In this document: positions 35,152 through 35,319 of the stretch, piece by piece
How the letters are laid out: each line of letters begins with the position of its first letter
Position numbering within the stretch: the stretch's first letter is position 1
Assembly (NCBI GenBank): GCA_049512315.1
Contig: JBEKXF010000032.1
Span: 1-35,319, forward strand
DNA from: Candidatus Aminicenantales bacterium
Lineage (GTDB): Bacteria > Acidobacteriota > Aminicenantia > Aminicenantales > Saccharicenantaceae
DNA length: 35,319 nucleotides
Reading direction: 5' to 3'
The notes under the pieces: model-generated
What the model was told of the DNA's origin: nothing
The model's database searches: none
Seen by the model: only the letters and a program-made list of their open reading frames with translations
Made by a program: the position numbers and the translations under genes

Positions 35152-35319
35152 CTATTTCTTCTCCTGCGGTTTTTCGTAAGAGAAGGCCCGGAGGAGTTCG
35201 AGGGGCAGCGGGAAGACGATCGTGGAATTCTTCTCGGTGGCGATCTCGGCCAGGGTGCTGAGGAAGCGGAGCTGGAGGGCCTGAGGGTTTCGGGAAATGA
35301 TGTCCGCGGCCTGGGTGAG
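35152..35319 (-). CDS. SPFH/band-7 (slipin/stomatin-like) protein, 3' end only
   Basis: Manual translation: [43 protein letters not shown]...KK*. Confidence 0.92.
   Translation of the reverse strand, partial: LTQAADIISRNPQALQLRFLSTLAEIATEKNSTIVFPLPLELLRAFSYEKPQEKK

Overview
GC-rich bacterial chromosomal window. The gene content (rplM-rpsI-rpsB order, amidase-GerMN, many secreted peptidases) suggests Acidobacteriota/Ca. Aminicenantes, but this is inference only. The left ~6 kb is core: rpsB (5' end), rpsI, rplM, a rhomboid, a TPR lipoprotein, der, a GerMN protein, an amidase and a complete tmRNA (tag AEPLAVAA) under a perfect TTGACA-17-TATAAT promoter. Next come an SDR, an Fe-S aldo/keto reductase, a discoidin-containing GH-A-like hydrolase, an ldtD(ycbB)-mepK(ycbK) pair and a URO-D-family protein. 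From ~14 to 34 kb is a patchwork of one- or two-gene modules: two C45/phospholipase-B-like Ntn hydrolases, S9, M28, a frameshifted C69, M20, an HD-GYP plus TPR lipoprotein, an orphan RhaD-like aldolase, and PIG-L plus GT4. The spacers between modules carry mobile-DNA relics: IS3-like paired ends, IS91/ISCR oriIS-like motifs and REP-like hairpins. The right end has a 3' half of tRNA-Asp with arm-like repeats (att relic), a dead IS91-type HUH transposase fragment and the 3' end of an SPFH gene. I found no CRISPR array and no unambiguous new system. The best candidates are the divergent oriIS-like ends facing accessory genes, the miniature IS3-like elements, and the apparent SD-less ssrA-amidase-gerMN-der operon.
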